A stretch of DNA of 64,000 bases from NCBI GenBank assembly GCA_965232175.1, contig CBDDOW010000006.1, forward strand, positions 1,315,764 through 1,379,763, read 5' to 3'. Position numbers and translations under genes: made by a program. Shown here one piece after another: positions 9,129 to 17,469 of the stretch (the stretch's first letter is position 1; each line of letters begins with the position of its first letter). Under the pieces are notes generated by a model. The model worked only from the letters and a program-made list of their open reading frames with translations. It searched no databases and had not been told where the DNA came from. The DNA comes from Nitrospirales bacterium (GTDB lineage Bacteria; Nitrospirota; Nitrospiria; Nitrospirales; UBA8639).

Positions 9129-9365
9129 ATGAGGCAGAACATGAGCGCAATTGTTGGTGATGACGGATCAGGCCGGTATGTCGATCTGGTTGCGAAGTAC
9201 TATGGGGACCCGGAATTTCGGGCACGGATGGATGCGGACCCGGCCGGAACGTTGAAGGCTGAGGGCTTCGAGATCCCCGAGGGCGCGGAGGTGCGAATCG
9301 TGGTGGATTCCGGCAACGCCGTGAACATCGTGCTGCCGCCCTCACCCGGGGACTCAGCCGGATAA
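9129..9365 (+). CDS. NHLP (nitrile-hydratase-like leader peptide)-related small protein without obvious core
   Basis: DPEFRARMDADPAGTLKAEGFEIPEGAEVRIVVDSGNAVNIVLPPSP follows the NHLP leader pattern. It ends ...GDSAG with no Cys/Ser/Thr-rich core. Confidence 0.55.
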   Translation: MRQNMSAIVGDDGSGRYVDLVAKYYGDPEFRARMDADPAGTLKAEGFEIPEGAEVRIVVDSGNAVNIVLPPSPGDSAG

Positions 9366-9429
9366 CCGTCCCGCCCTGGGCGAGGCCAGGCGCCGCCCGA
9401 TTGAGCCTGAATCGAGGAGGGATTCACCC

Positions 9430-9714
9430 ATGCAAACGATTGATGAAATGCGAAAACAGTTGATTGCCAAGTCCACGGACGACCTGGCCTTCCGGAGCCG
9501 GTTGTTGGCGGAGCCCCGGGCCGTGGTCGAGGAGGAGTTCGATATCACGGTGCCGGAGGGCATGGACGTGCGGGTCCTGGAGGACAGCCCCCAGGCGGTG
9601 CACCTGGTGCTGCCGCCCGAGCCCAAACTCAACATGCAGGATATGCGGCAGACGACTGGCGGGACGGGCATGCCCAGTGGCTGCTCGGGTGGCAGCATGA
9701 ATCTCTACGAGTGA
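9430..9714 (+). CDS. NHLP-family RiPP precursor 1
   Basis: Leader is MQTIDEMRKQLIAKSTDDLAFRSRLLAEPRAVVEEEFDITVPEGMDVRVLEDSPQAVHLVLPPEP. It has a GG motif followed by the core TGMPSGCSGGSMNLYE. The RBS gaggaggg is upstream. Confidence 0.8.
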   Translation: MQTIDEMRKQLIAKSTDDLAFRSRLLAEPRAVVEEEFDITVPEGMDVRVLEDSPQAVHLVLPPEPKLNMQDMRQTTGGTGMPSGCSGGSMNLYE

Positions 9715-9775
9715 TGATGGCCCGCGGCTTTTCCGGCGTTGTCGTCGCGCCTCCCTGTCCCGAACGGGGCCGGTT

Positions 9776-12013
9776 GTGACCGGCAACGTTGCGTCTGCGC
9801 CGCAGGGCGTGCGGCATGTGACCGCGGCCGACAAGGGGCTGGTGACCGTTCCGATGCTGGCGCCGCACCTCCGGTTCGACGTCGTGAACTCGGACCGGGT
9901 GCTGTTGGTGGCGGAGGGTGTTGCCGTTGAACTGAATGGGCGGTGCTTTGGGAGCCTGCTGCCGTTGCTCGATGGCAGTCGCACGCGGCGGCAGGTGCTT
10001 GCCGAGCTTGAGAACGGGCATTCGCCGGTTGAGGTGCAGACGGCGTTGGTCCGGTTGGCTTCTTCCGGCTTCGTGGTGTCGGCGGAGTTCAATATGGCGC
10101 CGGAGCTGGCGGCGTTCTGGAGCGCGCTCGGCGCCTCTCCGTCTCGGGCGCAGGAATGCCTTGGCGCGACCCCGGTCGAGGTCCGCGGGGACGATGGCGC
10201 GCTTGCGACGTATCTTGCCGGTCTCGGCGCAGTCGTCGGCGCGGACGCGCCGGGGCTTCGCCTCGTTGTCACCGACGACTATCTGTCGCAACGGCACGAG
10301 GCGTTTCATGCGGCCGGCGGGAACGGCCGGCCATGGTTGCTGGTCAAGCCGACGGACGCGCGAGCCCTGTTTGGCCCGGTCTTCGGTCGGGACGCCGCGT
10401 GCTGGCGCTGTTTTTCACGGCGCCTGTCCGCCACGAGTCAACTGGAGTCCTTCCTGCGCGGGAAATCCGCCCGGCCCGGCTCGTCGCCGCTCGCGGCGGC
10501 GGCCTACGCCCTGGCGGCGGTGGAAATCGCCAAATGGATCGTCTTCGGAGAGGAGGCGCCGCTCCATGATCGCGCGATGTCCGTTGATGCCGCCACCGGA
10601 ACCGGCTTTCACCATGCGCCGCGCTGGCCGCAATGTCCCGACTGCGGCGTGAACGCGGACCCTGCGCCTGTGCCGCCGCAGTTGGGCGCGAGCGCGAATA
10701 CGCTGCGCAACAGCGGCGGGACGAGATCGATTCACCCCGAGGAGACGCTGAGACGTCTTCGCCATCTGGTCGATCCGGTGACCGGTATCGTCACGGACCT
10801 CCGGCGGATCGGGGACCCGTCCGATCCGTGGTTCTTTGTCTATCTGGCCAGCTTTGCCCCGACCGTCCTGGCTTCGAGCTATGCGGAGTTACGCTTCGGG
10901 ATTGTCCGCGGGTCCAGCGCCGGCAAGGGCAGCACGCCCGCCCAGGCGGAAGCCAGCGCGCTCTGCGAGGCGATCGAACGGTATTCGGGTATCCTCCAGG
11001 GCGGGGAGGTCGTGCTGCGGCGCAGGATGGATGAATTCCCCGATGGCGCGGCGTTGCCGCCCAATGCAATCGAACGGTTCAGCGACGTCCAGTTTGAACA
11101 GCCGCCCGACGTGGCGCGTCTCCGGTCAAGGCCGGTGCCGTTCGACGCCTCGCAGGCGCTCGACTGGACGCCGGTCTGGTCATTGACCGCGGAGGCCTGG
11201 CGGTACATCCCCACCCGGCTGCTCTACTATGCCTCGCCGGTGGAGGGGGAAGCCAACCAGTTCCTCGCCAATTCCAATGGCTGCGCATCCGGCAACACGT
11301 TCGAGGAGGCGATTCTCCAGGGCTTTTTCGAGCTTGTCGAGCGCGACGCGTTTGCCTGCTGGTGGTACAACCAGATCCGGGTACCGGCGGTGGACCTGGC
11401 GAGCTTCGACAACCAGTATCTGGCCGAAGCCCCGGCGCGCTACGAACGGGCCGGCCGGGAGATGTGGATGCTCGACGTCACCCACGATCTCGGCATTCCG
11501 GTGTTCGTCGCGTTGTCCCGCTGCGACTCGGGCGGCGAGGATCGCATCCTCTACGGGGTCGGGTGCCATTTCGACCCGCTTGTGGCCGCGTCGCGCGCGG
11601 TCTGCGAACTCAATCAGATCCATCTGGCGGGGACGCTCCCGCAGAAACAGGACAGCGCTCGCGCCGACGAATGGCTGCGCACGGCGAGGATAGCCGACAA
11701 ACCCTATCTTGCGCCGGACCCTGCCACGTCGCTCCGCAAGGCGCCGCCTTCCCGCGCGCCCGGCACGGGCGACCACCGCGACGATATCGCGCTCTGCCGC
11801 CGGATCGTGGAGGATGCGGGCATGGAATTCCTGGTGCTCGACCAGACCCGGGCTGACATTGGTCTGCCGGTCGCGCGGGTGATTGTTCCGGGACTCAGGC
11901 ATTTCTGGCCGAGGTTCGGATCCGGCCGGCTCTACGACGTCCCCGTTGCCATGGGCTGGCGCGCTGCGCCGCTGGCCGAAGCCGAATTCAACCCCGATGA
12001 GCCGGTGTTCTGA
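9776..12013 (+). CDS. fused TOMM-type cyclodehydratase (E1-like leader-binding domain + YcaO domain)
   Basis: 745 aa. The YcaO region is SSAGKGSTPAQAEASALCEAIERYSG...ANSNGCASGNTFEEAILQGFFELVERDAF. The size and architecture resemble PatD/TruD-type heterocyclases. The start could be 9776 or 9854. Confidence 0.8.
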   Translation: MTGNVASAPQGVRHVTAADKGLVTVPMLAPHLRFDVVNSDRVLLVAEGVAVELNGRCFGSLLPLLDGSRTRRQVLAELENGHSPVEVQTALVRLASSGFVVSAEFNMAPELAAFWSALGASPSRAQECLGATPVEVRGDDGALATYLAGLGAVVGADAPGLRLVVTDDYLSQRHEAFHAAGGNGRPWLLVKPTDARALFGPVFGRDAACWRCFSRRLSATSQLESFLRGKSARPGSSPLAAAAYALAAVEIAKWIVFGEEAPLHDRAMSVDAATGTGFHHAPRWPQCPDCGVNADPAPVPPQLGASANTLRNSGGTRSIHPEETLRRLRHLVDPVTGIVTDLRRIGDPSDPWFFVYLASFAPTVLASSYAELRFGIVRGSSAGKGSTPAQAEASALCEAIERYSGILQGGEVVLRRRMDEFPDGAALPPNAIERFSDVQFEQPPDVARLRSRPVPFDASQALDWTPVWSLTAEAWRYIPTRLLYYASPVEGEANQFLANSNGCASGNTFEEAILQGFFELVERDAFACWWYNQIRVPAVDLASFDNQYLAEAPARYERAGREMWMLDVTHDLGIPVFVALSRCDSGGEDRILYGVGCHFDPLVAASRAVCELNQIHLAGTLPQKQDSARADEWLRTARIADKPYLAPDPATSLRKAPPSRAPGTGDHRDDIALCRRIVEDAGMEFLVLDQTRADIGLPVARVIVPGLRHFWPRFGSGRLYDVPVAMGWRAAPLAEAEFNPDEPVF

Positions 12014-12174
12014 TGCTGATACCCGGAAGCGCGCGGTCAGCTCAGGCAAACGCAAGCCCGGGACGCGGGATTGAAAAAAATCTTCCCGGAATGCCAAGGA
12101 ATCCGCTCCGGCTGACGTTTACTATTAATATAAATGACAGAGGCGTCACGTAACTTGGCAAAGGAGGTATGTCA

Positions 12175-12480
12175 ATGCAAACGATGGACGAGATGCGGGC
12201 GCAATTGCTGACAAAATCCACGGACGACCTGGCCTTTCGGAGCCGGTTGCTCGCGGAGCCCCGGGCCGTGATCGAGGAGGAGTTCGGGATCACGGTGCCG
12301 GCGAGCGTGGACGTCCGGGTCATGGAGGACAGCCCCCAGGCGGTACACCTGGTGCTGCCGCCCGAACCCAATCTCAGCCTGGATCAGTTGGATCAGGCGT
12401 CCGGCGGCGGATTTTCTTACACGGCGGAAGATTGGGATCCGCAGGATCAGGGTAGTCATGGCATGTCCGGAACCGAATGA
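12175..12480 (+). CDS. NHLP-family RiPP precursor 2
   Basis: The leader is nearly identical to precursor 1. The core after ASGG is GFSYTAEDWDPQDQGSHGMSGTE. The RBS aaggagg lies 7 nt before the ATG at 12175. Confidence 0.75.
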   Translation: MQTMDEMRAQLLTKSTDDLAFRSRLLAEPRAVIEEEFGITVPASVDVRVMEDSPQAVHLVLPPEPNLSLDQLDQASGGGFSYTAEDWDPQDQGSHGMSGTE

Positions 12481-12651
12481 TGCCGGCGCGCGTTGGCCAT
12501 GACTCATTGTGAGGTCTGTCGTCGGCTGCCCTGCTGCCGCGGGCCGGGACGGGGGATCGAACAAATGTCCCCGGAGGAATCTTCACGGGCTGGTGCCTTT
12601 ATGATAAGGTCGTGATCTTACGGACTTGAGTTCGATGGTGTTTTTTTGCTT

Positions 12652-13188
12652 ATGCAATCGGACGAAATCTTGGCTCAGCGAGTCGTGGCAGGCGATGCCG
12701 ACGCCTTTGTCGAGTTGCTCGATCGGCATTACGGCCGGATCTATCGGATTGGTTTCCACGCGCTGGGCGATGCCGAAGCCGCGGCTGATTTGGCGCAGGA
12801 CATTTGTGTGGCCCTGCCCGCCAAGCTCTCTCAGTTTCGCGGTGATCACGGGTTCTCCAGTTGGCTCTACCGGGTGGTCGTCAACGCGGCAAGCGATGCG
12901 CGACGGCGCAGATCTTCGCGGCAACGCAACGAGGCCCTCTATGCCGAGGCGGAAGCCCTGAGGCGGGCCGGCGAGGTTGCGCGCGCGGAAGAGTTGATGT
13001 GGTTGCGGCAGGCGCTGGATTGCCTTCCCGAGAATCTGCTGGCCACCGCGATTCTCGTCGTGGACCAGGGGCTGCGGCATGCCGACGCGGGCGAGATTCT
13101 GGGTGTGTCTGAAGTGACCGTGTCATGGCGGATGCACCAGATACGAAAGTGCTTGCGCGCCATGGCAGCGAGTGAGGATATGGCATGA
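12652..13188 (+). CDS. ECF-type RNA polymerase sigma-70 family factor
   Basis: Region 2 is DAFVELLDRHYGRIYRIGFHALGDAEAAADLAQDI...SSWLYRVVVNAASD. Region 4 is LPENLLATAILVVDQGLRHADAGEILGVSEVTVSWRMHQIRKCL. Confidence 0.8.
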   Translation: MQSDEILAQRVVAGDADAFVELLDRHYGRIYRIGFHALGDAEAAADLAQDICVALPAKLSQFRGDHGFSSWLYRVVVNAASDARRRRSSRQRNEALYAEAEALRRAGEVARAEELMWLRQALDCLPENLLATAILVVDQGLRHADAGEILGVSEVTVSWRMHQIRKCLRAMAASEDMA

Positions 13189-13634
13189 CCGATCCACTTG
13201 AAAGATTGAAAGCTGCATTCCGCGCCACTGTGCCGGGCGTTGCCGAGGCAGCGCGGAAACGGGCGATTGAGGCTGCGCTGACGGCCTTTGGTCGCCATCG
13301 ACCGGGGAAGACCCGGTCGGCGAACACAACGCACAACAACAAAGGAAAGGATGTGCAGATGCAAACGATTGATGAAATGCGAAAACAGTTGATTGCCAAG
13401 TCCACGGATGATCAGGCCTTCCGGGGCCGGTTGTTCGCGGAGCCCAGGGCCGTGATTGAGGAGGAATTCGGGATCACGGTGCCGGCGAGGGTGGACGTGC
13501 GGATCATGGAGGACAGCCCCCAGGCGGTGCATCTGGTGCTGCCGCCCGAACCCAAGCTCGACATGAAGGAGTTACAGCAGGCCTCGGGAGGCTTTTGCGC
13601 CGAGACCTGTTCTGCGGAGGAGTTGTATGAATGA
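13185..13634 (+). CDS. NHLP-family RiPP precursor 3, in frame with a 58-codon N-terminal extension that overlaps the sigma-factor stop codon
   Basis: The minimal precursor is 13359-13634 (MQTIDEMRKQLIAK...ASGG FCAETCSAEELYE). The upstream in-frame ORF starts with an ATGA overlap at 13185. Confidence 0.7.
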   Translation: MTDPLERLKAAFRATVPGVAEAARKRAIEAALTAFGRHRPGKTRSANTTHNNKGKDVQMQTIDEMRKQLIAKSTDDQAFRGRLFAEPRAVIEEEFGITVPARVDVRIMEDSPQAVHLVLPPEPKLDMKELQQASGGFCAETCSAEELYE

Positions 13635-14680
13635 TAGCGGAAGCTGGTCGGACGCCCTTGCCGGCGGATGAATCGCGGTGTGAAGGCCCGGGGCACGTTG
13701 CAGAGGCGTGGCAGCCTGTGCGGTGCTTCCTGCCGGAGACGCTGGTGGACGAAGCGGGCTGGGGCGGCCTTCTCTCCCTGGTGGCCGGGCTGCCGCGTCT
13801 GGCCATGAACAGCGTGTTCGGGTTCGAAAGCCGGCTTGGGGAACCCCGTCTCGCCGCGGATTTCCATCTGCTTGTGCAATTGGCCACGCCTCTGGCTGAT
13901 TGGTTTCGGCGTTTCCGCGGCGCGGCTGCCGCGGGGCGGCTTCTGAAACGGCTGGGGGACCGCGAGTTCCCCCTGGCGGACCGGGTCCGCAATATCATTC
14001 TCGAATACGATCTCGTAGACGCGTCTCCGGCCGGTCCCCCGCCTGAACCCGGCCTGTTCCTGACCAGGCTCGACATGAAGCCGTCCGTCGCCGACACCGA
14101 CACGCTCCTCCGGGCCGTTCTGGACAGCGTTGAATGGCCGGAGGACGAAACAGAGTGCCGGGCGGTCCGGAAGACCGTAGACACGATCCCACAGAGCGGA
14201 CGTCTTGCCCATCTCGCGGTCCTGCCCGAACGGCGCCCTCGCGCTATCCGTCTTGGCGCCAAGGTCGGCTTGGAGGAACTGCCGGTTTTTCTTCGGGAGG
14301 TCGGCTGGCGTGGCGCGACCCCGGCCACGTGCCTGGCGATGGGGGATTTGCCGGGGATCAGGTCCGAATGCACGATCGCCTTCGACATTGTGGGAGGCAG
14401 GATTTCGCCGCGACTTTCGTTGGAATTTTTCCATGAGCAGCGAATACCCTCCACGCCGCCGGGAGCCTGGCGGGGATTCATCGACCGTCTGGTGGACGAG
14501 GGACTGTGCCTGCCGGACAAGGCGCGCGGGTTGCATGCGTCGTTCATGCCCTGTCAGGGGTTCGACGGGAACGGCTTCTGGACCGTGCGGGGAGGAATCC
14601 ATCATTTCAAGCTTGCGGTCGAGGCGGACGGCGCGGTCTCGGCCAAGGGGTATCTGGTCGTGTTCTACCTGCGTTGCTAG
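13631..14680 (+). CDS. hypothetical protein (349 aa) translationally coupled to precursor 3
   Basis: The ATG overlaps the precursor stop codon (gaatgatag). Amino-acid composition looks protein-like. I recognise no family. Confidence 0.5.
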   Translation: MIAEAGRTPLPADESRCEGPGHVAEAWQPVRCFLPETLVDEAGWGGLLSLVAGLPRLAMNSVFGFESRLGEPRLAADFHLLVQLATPLADWFRRFRGAAAAGRLLKRLGDREFPLADRVRNIILEYDLVDASPAGPPPEPGLFLTRLDMKPSVADTDTLLRAVLDSVEWPEDETECRAVRKTVDTIPQSGRLAHLAVLPERRPRAIRLGAKVGLEELPVFLREVGWRGATPATCLAMGDLPGIRSECTIAFDIVGGRISPRLSLEFFHEQRIPSTPPGAWRGFIDRLVDEGLCLPDKARGLHASFMPCQGFDGNGFWTVRGGIHHFKLAVEADGAVSAKGYLVVFYLRC

Positions 14681-14854
14681 GGGTGGGGTCCTCCCGAACG
14701 CTGGTTCAACGCGACGCGCACGGTCATGCAGGCGTCGGGGAGCCTGAAGCATCCACAAACAGGAGACAGCGTTGAAGTCCCTGGGATTCTGTCGGCGTCA
14801 TGACCGGGAGCCGGGCGGCAGTGGACCGGCCGGGTCGGGCGTACACAGGGTGCC

Positions 14855-16261
14855 ATGAGTTTTTTCGATCTGCCCCGCACGCCGGGGATCCATTGCCGAT
14901 TGCGCCGGGGGCACGATCTCTCCCGTTCCCGGGACGGCGGGTCCTTCACGCTGCGGCGGCCGGGCGGCGAATCCGAGCCGTTCGTATCGTATGAGGAAGC
15001 GTTCGCTGCCGCGCTCGACCGTCTGTCCGCGGGCGCGCATGCCTCCGAGCTGAGAAACCTTGCGCTCGGGGCCGGCGGACCGGCGCGGGCGGCCGCTTTC
15101 ATGATGTTGCTCCGGCGGCTGGCGGCTGCCGGTCTGGTCGAGTTTCCTCTTCTCGACGAGGCGGGAGAGCGGGCTGTGCTGTTGCCGCAGATTGCCACGT
15201 TCGAGCCTGCGCTCGCGGAGGAGCCGGCGCCGGACATCAGCCTCGACCGGTTCGCCTTCATCCGACGCGACGACCGGGGCTGGCTCCTGGAGTCGCCGCT
15301 GGTGGGGGCGCGGCTGTCGTTTTCCGATTCGGCGGCGCTGGACTCGCCTGTTGTGCGCCGCGCGCTCGCCGCGGCCGGGTTTCTTGAACAACGCGATGAC
15401 GATCCCCGGCATCGGGAAGCGCTCGATTTGTGGGAGTTCCACGATCTCGCTTTCTACCGTCATCATCGCGGGGGCTGGCATCAGGATCCCATGGGCGGGA
15501 TCTATCCCCATCTGGGAAGGATCGAGTCGCCGCCGGCGATCCGTTCGCCCTGGCCCGGGACACGCATCACGCTCCCCGTGGCCGTCGACCGGCCAAGCGC
15601 GGCCCTTGCCGACGTGCTGGAGCGGCGCGCTTCGATTCGGGCCTACGATCAGCGTCACCCTATTACGCTCAACGACGTCGGCGCGCTGTTCGACCGCGCT
15701 GTCCGCATCCGTGGCGACCTTGTCGTCTCCGGTACGTTCGGAGGCGGACCGGTCCGCACCGGGGCGCCGAGGCGGCCGTATCCCACCGGAGGCGGGTGCG
15801 GCGAGCTGGAGATTTACCTGGCCATCGACCGGGCCGCGGATATCGAGACAGGGCTCTATCACTACGATGCCGCGGACCACGCACTCGTGCGGCTCTGCGA
15901 CCGAACGCCCGCGGTCGCGGCGCTGCTCGCCGAAGCCCGGGATTCTGCCGGCGGCATCGACGAGACGCAGGCGCTCGTCATCGTGGCCGCGCGGTTTGCC
16001 CGGGTCATGTGGAAGTACAGCGCCATTGCCTATGCGCTCATCCTGCGCGATACCGGTGTTCTTTACCAGACGCTCTATCTGGCCGCGACCGACCTCGGAC
16101 TCGCTCCGTGCGCGCTCGGCAACGGCAACGCCGCGGCCTTTGCCGAGGCCACGGGCCTGGACCCGTTGATCGAGGGCAGCGTCGGGGAATTCCTTCTGGG
16201 CGGCCGGCCGACCGGCCCGGCGATGGCCGCGGCCGAGCAGCGGGCCGGCCGGGACGCATGA
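14855..16261 (+). CDS. SagB-type (nitroreductase-fold) azoline dehydrogenase
   Basis: ERRASIRAYD...RPYPTGGGCGELEIYLA....GLYHYDAADHAL...ALGNGNAAAFAEATGLDPLIEGSVGEFLLG resembles the SagB/ThcOx family. Confidence 0.75.
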   Translation: MSFFDLPRTPGIHCRLRRGHDLSRSRDGGSFTLRRPGGESEPFVSYEEAFAAALDRLSAGAHASELRNLALGAGGPARAAAFMMLLRRLAAAGLVEFPLLDEAGERAVLLPQIATFEPALAEEPAPDISLDRFAFIRRDDRGWLLESPLVGARLSFSDSAALDSPVVRRALAAAGFLEQRDDDPRHREALDLWEFHDLAFYRHHRGGWHQDPMGGIYPHLGRIESPPAIRSPWPGTRITLPVAVDRPSAALADVLERRASIRAYDQRHPITLNDVGALFDRAVRIRGDLVVSGTFGGGPVRTGAPRRPYPTGGGCGELEIYLAIDRAADIETGLYHYDAADHALVRLCDRTPAVAALLAEARDSAGGIDETQALVIVAARFARVMWKYSAIAYALILRDTGVLYQTLYLAATDLGLAPCALGNGNAAAFAEATGLDPLIEGSVGEFLLGGRPTGPAMAAAEQRAGRDA

Positions 16262-16356
16262 CGGCTGTCCGCGCCTTGCCGGGCGGATCGAGCGCCGGGA
16301 CGCGCCCGGCGGCGTTCAGCGCACCCGGCCGTTGCTGATGGGGAACGGTGCCTGAT

Positions 16357-16740
16357 TCAGTCGCCGCAAGCCGGCGGGTTCCCCAACGTTCTCAGCGCCG
16401 CCTCCGCCGGGGTTTCCAGTTTTTTCCTGCGGTTACATTCCAGACATGCCGGGACGGTGTTGCCCTTGGTCGATTTTCCGCCGCGGGCCAGGGGCACGAC
16501 GTGGTCCATGGACAGTTGGTCCGGTTGAAACAGCTTGCCACAGTAGTGGCAGCGCCCGTTGTGGAGTTGCCGCTTCCACCAGGGCGTGCGTTTGAGGGCG
16601 CGGGCTTTTTCCCGCTCTTTGCGAATCCGTGTGGCGGTTTCGGGATCGGGGTCGATTTCAAAGTAACGTTCGGGCGGCATTCCCGTGAGCTTAAAGAAGT
16701 TTTCTGAATTTTTCACGTCGTTGGTCCACTGCCGGCCCAT
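16357..16740 (-). CDS. HNH endonuclease
   Basis: CHYCGKLFQPDQLSMDHVVPLARGGKSTKGNTVPACLECNRRK. Confidence 0.8.
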   Translation of the reverse strand: MGRQWTNDVKNSENFFKLTGMPPERYFEIDPDPETATRIRKEREKARALKRTPWWKRQLHNGRCHYCGKLFQPDQLSMDHVVPLARGGKSTKGNTVPACLECNRRKKLETPAEAALRTLGNPPACGD

Positions 16741-16828
16741 ACGAGGCGCAGACCGCCTCTCTCCATCGTGACGCGGGGCGCGACACATTCCGCTGGCGAC
16801 GGTTCCGGGCTGATGGTATACTGCCGTC

Positions 16829-17461
16829 ATGGACCGGCGAACACGGGCACTCGGGGTGACAGGCGGCCTGGCGGCCGCTCTTTTTTTGACGGGCGGGCTG
16901 AGCGGGGCCGCGATCGATCACGGCGTGTTCGAGGGCTTCATCCACCATATCGCCCGGCAGATTACCCGGGACAAAGTCGATTTTGCGGTCGCGGAGTCCT
17001 GTACGTCGTGGTTTTATGAGCAATTGAAACCGTCTCCCGGAATGCGGCCTGACGTGAAACGCCTGTCCTTTGTCGCGGACGCCGATCCCGACCCCGATTT
17101 CCACGCCTGTGCCGGTCGCTACCCCGGCATCGAGGAAGCGCGTCAGGCCTTTGCGCATACCCAATCCACCCTCTCGTTGAGCCTGACGTTTTATCAATTG
17201 GCCCTGATTGCCGACCGGGATGATGACGAACGCTATGACGCGAGCGAACTCCGGGATATATTGGCTTCCCTGAACGTGACGCCGTTGCCGGGAGAGTATC
17301 CCGGTCAGCTCCTTGCCACGCTGACGGGAAAATTCGACGACGTTCGTGAGGCGGTCGAGTTCACGATTCTGACCGATGGCATGCAGGCGCTGTACAGCAA
17401 GGGGTATCGCTTTACCAGCGCGGATCAGGCTGCGCTGGGCCGCGTGACGGGCGAGTCCTGA
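16829..17461 (+). CDS. secreted hypothetical protein with one EF-hand-like loop
   Basis: Signal-like N-terminus. DRDDDERYDASE fits the D-x-D-x-D...E 12-residue EF-hand loop. Confidence 0.4.
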   Translation: MDRRTRALGVTGGLAAALFLTGGLSGAAIDHGVFEGFIHHIARQITRDKVDFAVAESCTSWFYEQLKPSPGMRPDVKRLSFVADADPDPDFHACAGRYPGIEEARQAFAHTQSTLSLSLTFYQLALIADRDDDERYDASELRDILASLNVTPLPGEYPGQLLATLTGKFDDVREAVEFTILTDGMQALYSKGYRFTSADQAALGRVTGES

Positions 17462-17469
17462 TTCCTCAA

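Noticed and set aside
12095-12165. ECF-type promoter (GGAAT...CGTT) and a TGACG/CGTCA inverted repeat upstream of precursor 2
   Set aside because: The spacing between the GGAAT and CGTT elements is about 13 nt, against the 16-17 nt expected for ECF promoters. I found no matching motif upstream of the other precursors, so there is no supportable call.
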